A stretch of 38,931 nucleotides of DNA from Candidatus Pacearchaeota archaeon (lineage in GTDB: Bacteria > Patescibacteriota > Minisyncoccia > Minisyncoccales > Minisyncoccaceae), in contig DAOLWP010000002.1 in assembly GCA_035421265.1 (NCBI GenBank), positions 1-38,931 of the forward strand, in the 5' to 3' direction. The notes below the pieces were generated by a model. The model did not search any database. It worked only from the letters and a program-made list of their open reading frames with translations, and was not told the origin of the DNA. Made by a program: the position numbers and the translations under genes. Of this stretch, positions 7,073 to 14,909 are shown in pieces. How positions within the stretch are numbered: the first letter of the stretch is position 1; each line of letters opens with the position of its first letter.

Positions 7073-7543
7073 ATGGCGAACACATATTATCTTACTAAAG
7101 AAAAATTAGAGGAGCTTCAGGCAGAATATGAACTTATTAAAAAAAGTTTGCGAGAGGAATTAATTGAAAATGCCCCGAATTTATTAGAAGGTGAAGACAC
7201 TAACCCTGATTTTTCTGTATACGAAGAAAGTTTAGAAGAAAAAGAATCGCGATTAAAAGTCTTGGAAAACATCTTAAAAAATTATAAAATAATAAAAACT
7301 CCTCCCAAAGAAGATAGAAACAAGGTTCAATTAGGAGCCCGGGTTGTTTGTCAAAACGATAAAGCGGAATCAGTGGAATATAAAATTGTAGGAACAGTTG
7401 AAGCTAATCCTTTTGAAGGAAAAATTAGCGATGAATCTCCAGTGGGAATGGCTTTTCTTGGAAAGCAAGTAGGGGACACAATTTATTTGCCACAATTAAG
7501 CAAACAATATAGAATATTAAAAATACAATATGAAGATGCTTAA
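7073..7543 (+). CDS. greA: Transcription elongation factor GreA
   Basis: 156 aa with an N-terminal coiled coil (LTKEKLEELQAEYE) and a C-terminal FKBP-like domain (ISDESPVGMAFLGKQVGD.I....... Y.IL.I). Confidence 0.9.
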   Translation: MANTYYLTKEKLEELQAEYELIKKSLREELIENAPNLLEGEDTNPDFSVYEESLEEKESRLKVLENILKNYKIIKTPPKEDRNKVQLGARVVCQNDKAESVEYKIVGTVEANPFEGKISDESPVGMAFLGKQVGDTIYLPQLSKQYRILKIQYEDA

Positions 7544-7617
7544 TATATATTAGTTAAATTTTCTTAGTAAAAATTAAAATTAAGCAGTATTGTATTGAAA
7601 AAAATCAAAAAGATAAA

Positions 7618-8415
7618 ATGAAAAAAAGATATAAAATCATTATAAGTTTTATTGTGGGAATTTTAGTTATTTCTTTTATTTGGTTTGATTTATTTTTTTG
7701 GTCTGGCAATAATAAAATTTTTGAAAATTCTTTAAGGGAAAGCGCTCAAAATAATGAGGTTATTATTATTTTTAACTCCGGAGGGTTTGGAACAGTAAAG
7801 CCAGACCAAGCTTGGGATTTTAAACCCCTAATTGAAGGATTGCAATTTTCTATAGAAAATTTAGGTTATAGTGTTGAGGTAGTACCTTATTATCGCACTG
7901 AAGATAGCTGGCTTGGAAAAGCCGCCTATATTAAAGAAATTCTTTTTAATTTTCCTAAAGAATCTTCTTATTTAGCCAAAACTTTAGAAAATTTTTCTAA
8001 ACAAAATCCTCGCGAAATAATAATTTTAGCTGGTTTAAGCAATGGCGCTACTTTCACCGAATCAACTATGCAAAAAATAAATTGTTGTACTGATAAAATT
8101 TTTTCTATAGAATTTGGTCTTCCATTTTGGTCTCAAAGACAAAATAGAAGCAATACTTTATATTTAACTAATAATGATCGCGATGCGGTTTCTAATGGTA
8201 ATATTTTGGCCTTATCGTGGTCAATTCTTAAGGCGCCATTTGTAATGTCTTATACGAGAATAGCCGGACGGCCTATTTCTTTTCCAGAAGCAATGGATGT
8301 GCCGGGACATCAATATTATTGGTCCGAAGTTGAGCCGCAAATTTCTAATTTTATTCGTGAAAAAATTGGACAAAATTCCTACATAAATCTTTTTTTCTTT
8401 AGTTATTTAGCTTAA
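7618..8415 (+). CDS. Hypothetical membrane-anchored protein, possible alpha/beta-hydrolase fold
   Basis: It has an N-terminal TM helix. A GxSxG-like nucleophile elbow (AGLSNGAT) follows a beta-strand-like IIILAG. No other motif was recognised. Confidence 0.35.
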   Translation: MKKRYKIIISFIVGILVISFIWFDLFFWSGNNKIFENSLRESAQNNEVIIIFNSGGFGTVKPDQAWDFKPLIEGLQFSIENLGYSVEVVPYYRTEDSWLGKAAYIKEILFNFPKESSYLAKTLENFSKQNPREIIILAGLSNGATFTESTMQKINCCTDKIFSIEFGLPFWSQRQNRSNTLYLTNNDRDAVSNGNILALSWSILKAPFVMSYTRIAGRPISFPEAMDVPGHQYYWSEVEPQISNFIREKIGQNSYINLFFFSYLA

Positions 8416-8502
8416 AAATATTTTATTTTAAAAAATTTTTATGCTAAACTTAAAGTCAGTTTCAGAAGAATAATTCTAGAATTGGTGTGAATATTTTAAT
8501 TT

Positions 8503-9522
8503 ATGAATTTTCGTCAAAAAAATACAATTTTAGTTACAGTTTCTCTCTTAGTAGGAGTAGGAATTTTTATTTGGTTAGGAAAAGTGATTGGCTGGGATAA
8601 AATTGGTGGAGCTTTTAAGGTTTTTCAAGGATGGCAGGGGATTGTAATTTTTTGTTTAAGTATATTAATTTTATTAATTGGTAATTGGCGTTGGTATGAA
8701 ATTTTAAAAGACGAGAAAGCCCCCGTCTCATTTTGGAAACTTTGGCAATCGTATGTAGGCGGTTATGCTTTAATGTATTTATTCCCAATCATCTTTCTTT
8801 CCGGCGAAATTTTTAGGATTTATGATATTTATAAAGAAGAAAAAATTTCTTTAGACAAAGCTGCTGCTTCAGTAATTATAGAAAGAATTTTAGAGTGGAC
8901 TGTTAATATTTTATTTATATTTTTTGCCTTATTCTTTTTTGCCTTTAAGTTAGAATTTTTACCATTGCAAGTTTTATATATTTTTGGATTAGCTCTTATA
9001 TTATTTGTGGGGATGGTGGCATTTTTTTATTTCAAGGCCTTTCGTCAAAAAGGAGTAGTAAGGGGATTCGTAAAAAAATTTACAAGCAAAGAATTAAGCG
9101 AAGGCAATACAGCTATAATAATTGAAAATGATATATTAAAATTTTTTAAAGAAAAGCGGCATTTTTTTAAAAGTTTATTTATATCAATTTTGCGTGCTGG
9201 TGTAATGGCAGTTCGTACTTGGCTTTTAATTCTTTTTTTGACTGGCTTAAATGTGGGGTTGCCAGCTGCTTTTTCTATTGTGGGGCTTACTTATTTTTCA
9301 GCCCTTATTCCAATTCCAACATCTTTAGGATCACATGAAGTTATTCAAACTGCTTCATTTGAAGCCCTTAAAATGGAGGCATCAATGGCTACTGCTTTTA
9401 CAATGATTATTCGGGCTTGCGAAACCATTATTTCATTAGCTGGTTTGGCAATTTTACTTAAAAAGGGATTTAATATAATGGAAGATGGATTTAATAAACC
9501 AAACGACAAAAATAATTATTAA
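8503..9522 (+). CDS. Multi-pass membrane protein, UPF0104 / lysyl-phosphatidylglycerol-synthase-TM (flippase-like) family
   Basis: About 8 predicted TM helices with topology and size typical of the flippase-like LPG_synthase_TM family. The early RWYEILK-type segment after TM2 is similar to that family. Confidence 0.45.
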   Translation: MNFRQKNTILVTVSLLVGVGIFIWLGKVIGWDKIGGAFKVFQGWQGIVIFCLSILILLIGNWRWYEILKDEKAPVSFWKLWQSYVGGYALMYLFPIIFLSGEIFRIYDIYKEEKISLDKAAASVIIERILEWTVNILFIFFALFFFAFKLEFLPLQVLYIFGLALILFVGMVAFFYFKAFRQKGVVRGFVKKFTSKELSEGNTAIIIENDILKFFKEKRHFFKSLFISILRAGVMAVRTWLLILFLTGLNVGLPAAFSIVGLTYFSALIPIPTSLGSHEVIQTASFEALKMEASMATAFTMIIRACETIISLAGLAILLKKGFNIMEDGFNKPNDKNNY

Positions 9523-9533
9523 ATAAAATATTT

Positions 9534-10124
9534 ATGCACTTAAAAGAAATTAATAAAATTATTAAATATCTTATTTTATCAGATTTAACCTTTTGGACGG
9601 GGTGGGGATTAGTTACTCCTATCTTTGCTATTTTTATTACCGAACAGCTATCAGGGACAGCCCTAACAGTAGGGATTGCTGTTGCGGTTTATTGGATTAC
9701 TAAAGCAATTTTACAATATCCGTTTGGATTGTTTTTAGACCACTGCAAGGGAGATAATGACGATTATTTTTTCTTGGTTTGGGGAACTTCTATTGCTTCC
9801 TTAGTTCCCTTAGGATATCTTTTTGCGACTACAGAGTGGTATATTTATATTCTCCAATTTTTTTACGGAATTGGAATGGCTGCTTCAATTACTGGCTGGA
9901 GAGCAATTTTTACAAGAAACATAGACAAAGGACACGAGGCCGCGGATTGGAGTTTAGATGATACAATAATAGGTTTAGGAAACGGCTTGTCAGGATTAAT
10001 TTCCGGCTTTTTAGTTTATAAATTTGGATTTATCCCTTCCTTTTTAGCTGCTAGCGCATTAGGAATAATAGGAGTTATTTTTTTGCTTTGTTTAAGAAAA
10101 GATATTTTAAGATGGAAAAAATAG
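9534..10124 (+). CDS. Half-size (6-TM) MFS-like transporter domain
   Basis: 196 aa with six hydrophobic helices. A motif-A-like loop (PFGLFLDHCKG) follows TM2. No second six-helix half follows, because polX starts 60 nt downstream. Confidence 0.4.
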   Translation: MHLKEINKIIKYLILSDLTFWTGWGLVTPIFAIFITEQLSGTALTVGIAVAVYWITKAILQYPFGLFLDHCKGDNDDYFFLVWGTSIASLVPLGYLFATTEWYIYILQFFYGIGMAASITGWRAIFTRNIDKGHEAADWSLDDTIIGLGNGLSGLISGFLVYKFGFIPSFLAASALGIIGVIFLLCLRKDILRWKK

Positions 10125-10184
10125 TTTATAATCAATTATAAAATAAACGGCTTAATAAACTGAGCCGCTCTTCTTACATCTTTA

Positions 10185-11933
10185 ATGAAAAATCAAGAAA
10201 TTGCTAAAATATTATTTGAAATTGGTGATTTTTTGGAGCTTAATGAAATTCCTTTCAAACCCAAAGCTTATCAGCAAGCTGCGATTGCCTTAGATTCATT
10301 AGAAGAAGATGTAGCTGAAATTTATAAGCGGGAAGGATTAAAGGGTTTAGAAAAAATTCCAGCCGTAGGAACAAGTATTGCCTTAAAAATAGAAGAATAT
10401 CTGAAAACTGGGAAAATAGAATATTATAAAGACCTGAAAAGAGTTTCGCCAATTGATTTTGAAGAATTAACCAAAGTAGAGGGGTTGGGAGTAAGAAAAA
10501 TTAAAAAACTTTATGACGAATTAGGAATTAAAAATTTGGCTGATTTGGAAAAGGCGGCCAAAGATAGTAAAATTGCTCCTCTTTTTGGATTTGGAGAAAA
10601 AACAGAAAAAAATATTTTACAATCAATTGAATTTTTAAGGCAATCTAAGGGACGATTTTTGTTGCGGGAAATTTTGCCATCTATCAAAAAAATAGAACAG
10701 CGAATTAAAAACATTAAGGGTGTGGAAAAAATATCTATTGCGGGAAGCACACGCCGCCGTAAAGAAACTATTGGTGATGCTGATATTTTAGTGTCTGTAT
10801 TAGATGCTTTAGACAAACATTTGATTGAAAAAATAATGAATACTTTTGTAACTTGGGATGAAGTGGTAAAGGTAGTGGCAAAAGGAGAAACTAAATCTTC
10901 TGTTAAGACTCAAGAAGGGTTAGATATTGATTTAAGAGTAGTCCCTCTAAGTTCTTATGGGGCAGCTTTGCAATATTTTACAGGGAGTAAAGAACATAAT
11001 ATTGCTATTAGGCGCTTGGCTATCAAACAAGGATTAAAGCTTAATGAATACGGTCTTTATAGAGGAGTAAAAAAAATTAAAGGAGAAACAGAAGAAGAAA
11101 TTTATGAATATTTAGGAATGGATTGGATACCTCCTGAAATTAGAGAAAATCAGGGCGAAATTGAAGCTGCTCAAACTCATCAATTGCCTAGTTTGATTGA
11201 ATTAAAAGATATTAAGGGAGATTTTCATTGTCATAGCGACTGGGATGGCGGAGAAAATTCATTAAAAGAATTAGCCCTTAAAGCCATAGAGTTAGGTTAT
11301 GAATATTTAGGTATTTGCGACCATACAAAATCATTAAAAATAGAAAATGGATTAAGCGAGAAAGAATTATTAAATCAGAAAAAAACCATAGATAAATTAA
11401 ATAAAGAGTTTCAAAAACAAGGACAAAAATTTAAACTTTTGCAAGGCGCAGAGGTGGAAATTTTAAAAGATGGCTCACTTGATTTTAATAATGAAATCTT
11501 AAAGCAATTAGATTTTGTAAGCGTATCAGTGCATTCTAATTTTAAGATGGGAAAAGTAGAAATGACTAAAAGAATTATTAAAGCGATAAGCAATCCCTAT
11601 GTAGACATCTTAAACCATCCCACTGGAAAGATATTAGGAAGCCGCGATTCTTATGAGGTCGATGTAGAAGAAATTTTGAAAGCGGCTAAAAAAAATAATG
11701 TTATTTTAGAAATAAATTGTTATCGCGGCGATTTAAGCTCTTCAATAGCAAGACAGGCAAAAGAATTGGGAATAAAATTATGTATTGGCAGTGATGCTCA
11801 TATAAAAAAAGAATTAACCAATATGGAATATGGCGTTTATCAAGCTCGTCGGGCTTGGTTAACAAAACAGAATATTTTAAATGCTCAGTCCTTAGAAAAA
11901 TTATATTTTAAGTCTTATGGCAAAAGAAGTTAA
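10185..11933 (+). CDS. polX: Family X DNA polymerase with C-terminal PHP phosphoesterase domain (PolX)
   Basis: N-terminal HhH 8-kDa-like region ([17 protein letters not shown]....[10 protein letters not shown]), palm motif [15 protein letters not shown], and PHP motifs [12 protein letters not shown]...CDH...VSVHS...GSDAH. Confidence 0.85.
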   Translation: MKNQEIAKILFEIGDFLELNEIPFKPKAYQQAAIALDSLEEDVAEIYKREGLKGLEKIPAVGTSIALKIEEYLKTGKIEYYKDLKRVSPIDFEELTKVEGLGVRKIKKLYDELGIKNLADLEKAAKDSKIAPLFGFGEKTEKNILQSIEFLRQSKGRFLLREILPSIKKIEQRIKNIKGVEKISIAGSTRRRKETIGDADILVSVLDALDKHLIEKIMNTFVTWDEVVKVVAKGETKSSVKTQEGLDIDLRVVPLSSYGAALQYFTGSKEHNIAIRRLAIKQGLKLNEYGLYRGVKKIKGETEEEIYEYLGMDWIPPEIRENQGEIEAAQTHQLPSLIELKDIKGDFHCHSDWDGGENSLKELALKAIELGYEYLGICDHTKSLKIENGLSEKELLNQKKTIDKLNKEFQKQGQKFKLLQGAEVEILKDGSLDFNNEILKQLDFVSVSVHSNFKMGKVEMTKRIIKAISNPYVDILNHPTGKILGSRDSYEVDVEEILKAAKKNNVILEINCYRGDLSSSIARQAKELGIKLCIGSDAHIKKELTNMEYGVYQARRAWLTKQNILNAQSLEKLYFKSYGKRS

Positions 11934-12837
11934 AGCTTTGTTATTAATGTCAGGAGGTTTAGATTCTATATTAGCAGCTAAAGTTTTACAAAAACAGGGT
12001 ATTCAAGTAGCGCCAATTTGTTTTAAGAGTTTCTTTTTTGGATGTAGAGCTGCTGAGGATGCTTGTCAACAATTAGGATTAAAATTAAGAAAGATTAATT
12101 TTGGTCAAAAGCATTTGAAAATTGTAAAGTCCCCTCAATTTGGTTATGGTTCAGCTATGAATCCTTGTATTGATTGCCATCTATTAATGTTAAAAGAAGC
12201 GAAAAAAATAATGGAGCAGGAAGGTTATGATTTTATCGCTACGGGTGAGGTATTGGGGGAAAGGCCAATGTCTCAAAACATCAAAGCTTTACATTTATTA
12301 GAACAACAAGCTGGTTTGCAAGGTTATTTATTAAGACCTTTGTCTGCTAAAAAATTATCGCCTACAATTGTTGAAAAAAAAGGATTAGTGGATAGAAAAC
12401 AGCTTTATGGCATAGAGGGCAGGTCTCGTCAGCCACAACTTCAATTAGCTAAAATTTTTGGTATTAAAAAATTTCCTTCTCCCGGAGGGGGATGTATTTT
12501 GACTGATAAAAATTATTCAAAAAATTTAAAACAACTTTTAACTTATAAAAAAAACCCGAATAATAACGATTTAAACATCTTAAAACAAGGAAGGATATTC
12601 TGGGATGATAATTGTTTAATAGTGGTAGCGCGGAACGAGAAAGAATGCCATTCTTTGAGAAATTTTATTCAAAAAAATGATATTCATTTAGAGCCATCAA
12701 ATTTTAGCGGTCCTTCTGTGCTTGTGCGTTTGATAAAAGGGAAAGATAGGAAAGTGGCTACGCAATTAGGGCAAACTTATTTATTAAAATATTCAAAAAA
12801 TATTCCCCAAAATGCTAAGATTGTTGTAGTAAAATAA
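11917..12837 (+). CDS. PP-loop ATP pyrophosphatase, ThiI/MnmA-like tRNA sulfurtransferase lacking a THUMP domain
   Basis: SGGLDS PP-loop at the N-terminus, NPCIDCH and GGGC Cys motifs, and ATGEVLGERPMSQ...LLRPL similar to the ThiI catalytic domain. It overlaps the polX 3' end by 17 nt. Confidence 0.55.
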   Translation: MAKEVKALLLMSGGLDSILAAKVLQKQGIQVAPICFKSFFFGCRAAEDACQQLGLKLRKINFGQKHLKIVKSPQFGYGSAMNPCIDCHLLMLKEAKKIMEQEGYDFIATGEVLGERPMSQNIKALHLLEQQAGLQGYLLRPLSAKKLSPTIVEKKGLVDRKQLYGIEGRSRQPQLQLAKIFGIKKFPSPGGGCILTDKNYSKNLKQLLTYKKNPNNNDLNILKQGRIFWDDNCLIVVARNEKECHSLRNFIQKNDIHLEPSNFSGPSVLVRLIKGKDRKVATQLGQTYLLKYSKNIPQNAKIVVVK

Positions 12838-12838
12838 A

Positions 12839-12865
12839 AAACCGCCCTAACAGCGGTTTATTTTT
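12839..12865. terminator. Bidirectional rho-independent terminator between the PP-loop gene (+) and rplT (-)
   Basis: AAACCGC-CCTAACA-GCGGTTT is followed by ATTTTT and preceded by an A-run, between convergent stops at 12835-12837 and 12864-12866. Confidence 0.65.
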
Positions 12866-13208
12866 ACTTTGTTTTTTCTAATATTTTAGAAAAAATAGCA
12901 GGATTATTTTTAGCCAAATCGGCTAAAATTTTTCGGTCTATTTCAATATTAAATTTTTTAAGACCGGCTATGAATTTATTATAAGAAAGACCGCTTTCTT
13001 TACAAGCTGCAGCAATTTGAATTTGCCATAAACTTCGTTTAGCCCTTTTTAGATTTTTACGGTCTCTATAAGCATGAGACCAAGATTTCATTAAAGCTTG
13101 TTTGGCGGCTATATATTTTGATTTGCGGCTCCAGCGATATCCTTTTGTTTGCTTAAGGGTATTTTTTCTTCTTTTGTGGGAAGCTGTCCCTCGTTTTACT
13201 CTTACCAT
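12864..13208 (-). CDS. rplT: 50S ribosomal protein L20
   Basis: MVRVKRGTASHKRRKNTLKQTKGYRWSRKSKY... is the canonical L20 N-terminus; 114 aa. Confidence 0.95.
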   Translation of the reverse strand: MVRVKRGTASHKRRKNTLKQTKGYRWSRKSKYIAAKQALMKSWSHAYRDRKNLKRAKRSLWQIQIAAACKESGLSYNKFIAGLKKFNIEIDRKILADLAKNNPAIFSKILEKTK

Positions 13209-13212
13209 ATAT

Positions 13213-13413
13213 TTATTTTATTCCTAATAATTTTTTTATTTTCTTAGCTTCAGGCTCTGACATTTTAACTAATTTTCTCAAAGCCCGTCTTTTCTTTCCA
13301 CTTTGTTTGCTCAAAAGATGGTCCTGTCCTACGGGCCTTCTCAAAACTTTTCCATTTTTTGTGATTTTAAATCTTTTGGCAATAGATTTTTTAGTTTTGC
13401 CTTTATTCTTCAT
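13213..13413 (-). CDS. rpmI: 50S ribosomal protein L35
   Basis: A 66-aa basic protein (KTKKSIAKRFKITKNGKV.RR..G..H) in the conserved infC-rpmI-rplT order. Confidence 0.9.
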   Translation of the reverse strand: MKNKGKTKKSIAKRFKITKNGKVLRRPVGQDHLLSKQSGKKRRALRKLVKMSEPEAKKIKKLLGIK

Positions 13414-13414
13414 A

Positions 13415-13933
13415 CTATTTTTTAATAATTATCATTGATAAGCCATAGGGCTCTTTTTTTAATTCGTTTTCTGTTTTATATTCTATTTTTGAACCTAAGA
13501 TTTCCAAAAATTTTTCTATTTTTTGCTCTCCCACGCTTATTAGTCCTTTTTGGCGGCCACGCAATGGCAAGTCTACTTTTACTTTATCTCCTTTTTTTAA
13601 GAATTTTTCAGCAGCTAAAGCTTTAGTCTTAATATCATTTTCTGAAATATTAAAAGTTAAACGGATTGATTTTACAGCGCCACCCTTAGTTCCAGCATTC
13701 ATTTTTCTTTCTTTTTTTTGTAAAGCATAAAGATATTTGCCATAATCGCCAATTTTACAAACTGGCGGCTCTACTCTTTCAGTAACCTGAATTAAATCTA
13801 ATCCTTTTTGACGAGATATTTCTAAGGCTTGCGTCAACGGAACTACGCCTAATTGTTGGCCAGTTTCATCAATTAGCCTTACTTCTTTAGCCCTTATTTG
13901 ATTGTTTTGGAGTGGTTTATTCAAAATAATAAT
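13415..13933 (-). CDS. infC: Translation initiation factor IF-3, with a non-AUG start (ATT at 13933/13930/13927 or TTG at 13924)
   Basis: The conserved IF-3 core starts at NNQIRAKEVRLIDETGQQLGV. The ORF-track start (ATG 14044) lies inside the tmRNA gene. The next in-frame ATG is about 75 codons further downstream (KMNAG), beyond the N-domain. The start must therefore be ATT/TTG directly after the tmRNA 3' end. E. coli infC is known to use AUU. Confidence 0.8.
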   Translation of the reverse strand: MIILNKPLQNNQIRAKEVRLIDETGQQLGVVPLTQALEISRQKGLDLIQVTERVEPPVCKIGDYGKYLYALQKKERKMNAGTKGGAVKSIRLTFNISENDIKTKALAAEKFLKKGDKVKVDLPLRGRQKGLISVGEQKIEKFLEILGSKIEYKTENELKKEPYGLSMIIIKK

Positions 13934-13934
13934 G

Positions 13935-14280
13935 TGGAGGTGGCGAGTAGTGAGCTCGCGTCCAAAAATTATCCAATTAATAATTCTACAAGCTTGTTCC
14001 GGCTTAATTAGGCTGAGGGAAGAAAGCCGGACAAAATTTCCCAAAGCTTTGATTTAATTTTGGTTCGGCAAATTTTCTTAAATCAAAAAAATTTACCTAT
14101 TCCGCAAAATTATGCCCTTTTCCACTTAGCGGAAGTTAGTGGGAGGACATGCATTAAGCGTAAGCTAATGCAGGTTGTTCAAATAAGTTGTCACTTATTG
14201 ATTTTCTCTAAGTTTTACGAGATTAGAGAAAACTCGGCTTGCATATTATTTTCAAATTTTTGTCGAAGCGATTCACCCCC
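13935..14280 (-). ncRNA. ssrA: tmRNA (SsrA), one-piece, CCA not encoded
   Basis: The minus strand reads 5' GGGGGUGAAUCGCUUCGAC...GCAAGCCGAG..CUCGUAAAAC..(tag ORF)..CUAACUUCCGCU...AAGCUUGUAG...GGACGCGAG-CUCACUA-CUCGC-CACCUCC-A. The acceptor stem GGGGGUG/CACCUCC has a G3:U70 wobble. PK1-like interleaved helices are CGAG/CUCG and UCUCUAA/UUAGAGA. The tag frame at 14192-14154 gives DNLFEQPALAYA plus UAA. The gene lies adjacent to smpB. Confidence 0.85.
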
Positions 14281-14737
14281 GTGTTTTTAATGTATTTTGG
14301 ATTTTTCTTTCGGTTTCCCGCTTCTTAATAGCTTCGCGTTTATCAAAAGCTTTTTTGCCTTTTGCTAAACCAATTTCCATCTTGAGGCGGTGGTTCTTAG
14401 TATAAACCAATAAAGGGATTAAAGTCAAGCCCCTTTCTTTTATTTTAACATTTAATTCATTAATTTCTTTTTTATGTAAAAGGAGCTTGCGGTCGCGCTG
14501 GGGAACATAAGATGAGCCAGCGTTTTGAGGTTGATAAGGAGGAATGTTTGCCCCAACCCAAAAAATTTCAGGAGAGCCATTTTTTTTCCGTTTGATAGCA
14601 ATATAATTTCCATACAGAGAAACTCCTCTTTGTCTTAATGCTTTAACTTCTTGTCCGGTTAATTCTAAGCCAGCTTCATAGCGTTCTAAAATTTCGTAAT
14701 TGTATTTTGCTTTTTTATTTTCTGCCAATATCGCCAT
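14273..14737 (-). CDS. smpB: SsrA-binding protein SmpB
   Basis: NKKAKYNYEILERYEAGLELTGQEVKALR, the central NIPPY motif and a basic C-terminal tail; 154 aa. The last 8 nt (including stop TGA 14273-14275) overlap the tmRNA 5' end. Confidence 0.9.
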   Translation of the reverse strand: MAILAENKKAKYNYEILERYEAGLELTGQEVKALRQRGVSLYGNYIAIKRKKNGSPEIFWVGANIPPYQPQNAGSSYVPQRDRKLLLHKKEINELNVKIKERGLTLIPLLVYTKNHRLKMEIGLAKGKKAFDKREAIKKRETERKIQNTLKTRG

Positions 14738-14821
14738 TTTATTTATATTATATTTTATTTATAGGATATTATATATATTATACAGGTTTTTTATTTTTTA
14801 GAAAATCTTAGAGAGATATTA

Positions 14822-14851
14822 TTGCCTAAAAATGTTTTTTAGGTATATAAT
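14822..14851 (+). promoter_or_regulatory. Candidate promoter for argS (TTGCCT, 18 nt spacer, TATAAT)
   Basis: TTGCCT lies at 14822-14827 and TATAAT at 14846-14851, about 60 nt upstream of the argS ATG. AT-rich context makes false positives likely. Confidence 0.35.
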
Positions 14852-14909
14852 CATAATTAACAGCTGTCAACTGTTTATATTTTTTATTTTTCTGCTACAC
14901 TAAAACAAA

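Noticed and set aside
10125-10184. Terminator after the half-MFS gene (CGGCT-taataaactg-AGCCG)
   Set aside because: It has only a 5-bp stem with a 10-nt loop and no clean U-tract, which is too weak to report as a feature.
13934-14044. N-terminal ~37 codons of the 209-aa infC ORF (MGNFVRLSSLSLIKPEQACRIINWIIFGRELTTRHLH)
   Set aside because: This stretch is the in-frame translation of the tmRNA 3' half, including the T-arm and acceptor strand. Conserved IF-3 sequence only begins after it, so the ATG at 14044 is not the real start.
13935-14272. Possible L20-leader-type ribosomal protein leader upstream of infC-rpmI-rplT
   Set aside because: The hairpins I first noticed here all fall into the tmRNA secondary structure (PK1, tag hairpin, tRNA-like domain). 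No space is left for a separate leader.
14060-14290. 76-aa + strand ORF from the ORF track
   Set aside because: It lies entirely antisense to the tmRNA gene (13935-14280). It has no recognisable protein features, and the region is better explained as ssrA.
14738-14909. T-box or other riboswitch leader upstream of argS (and likewise the 81-nt spacer 22659-22739 before glyQS)
   Set aside because: The spacers are too short and AT-rich. I could not find a T-box consensus (…GGTGGTACCGCG-like) or a specifier/antiterminator arrangement. Only a 5-bp AACAG/CTGTT hairpin is present.
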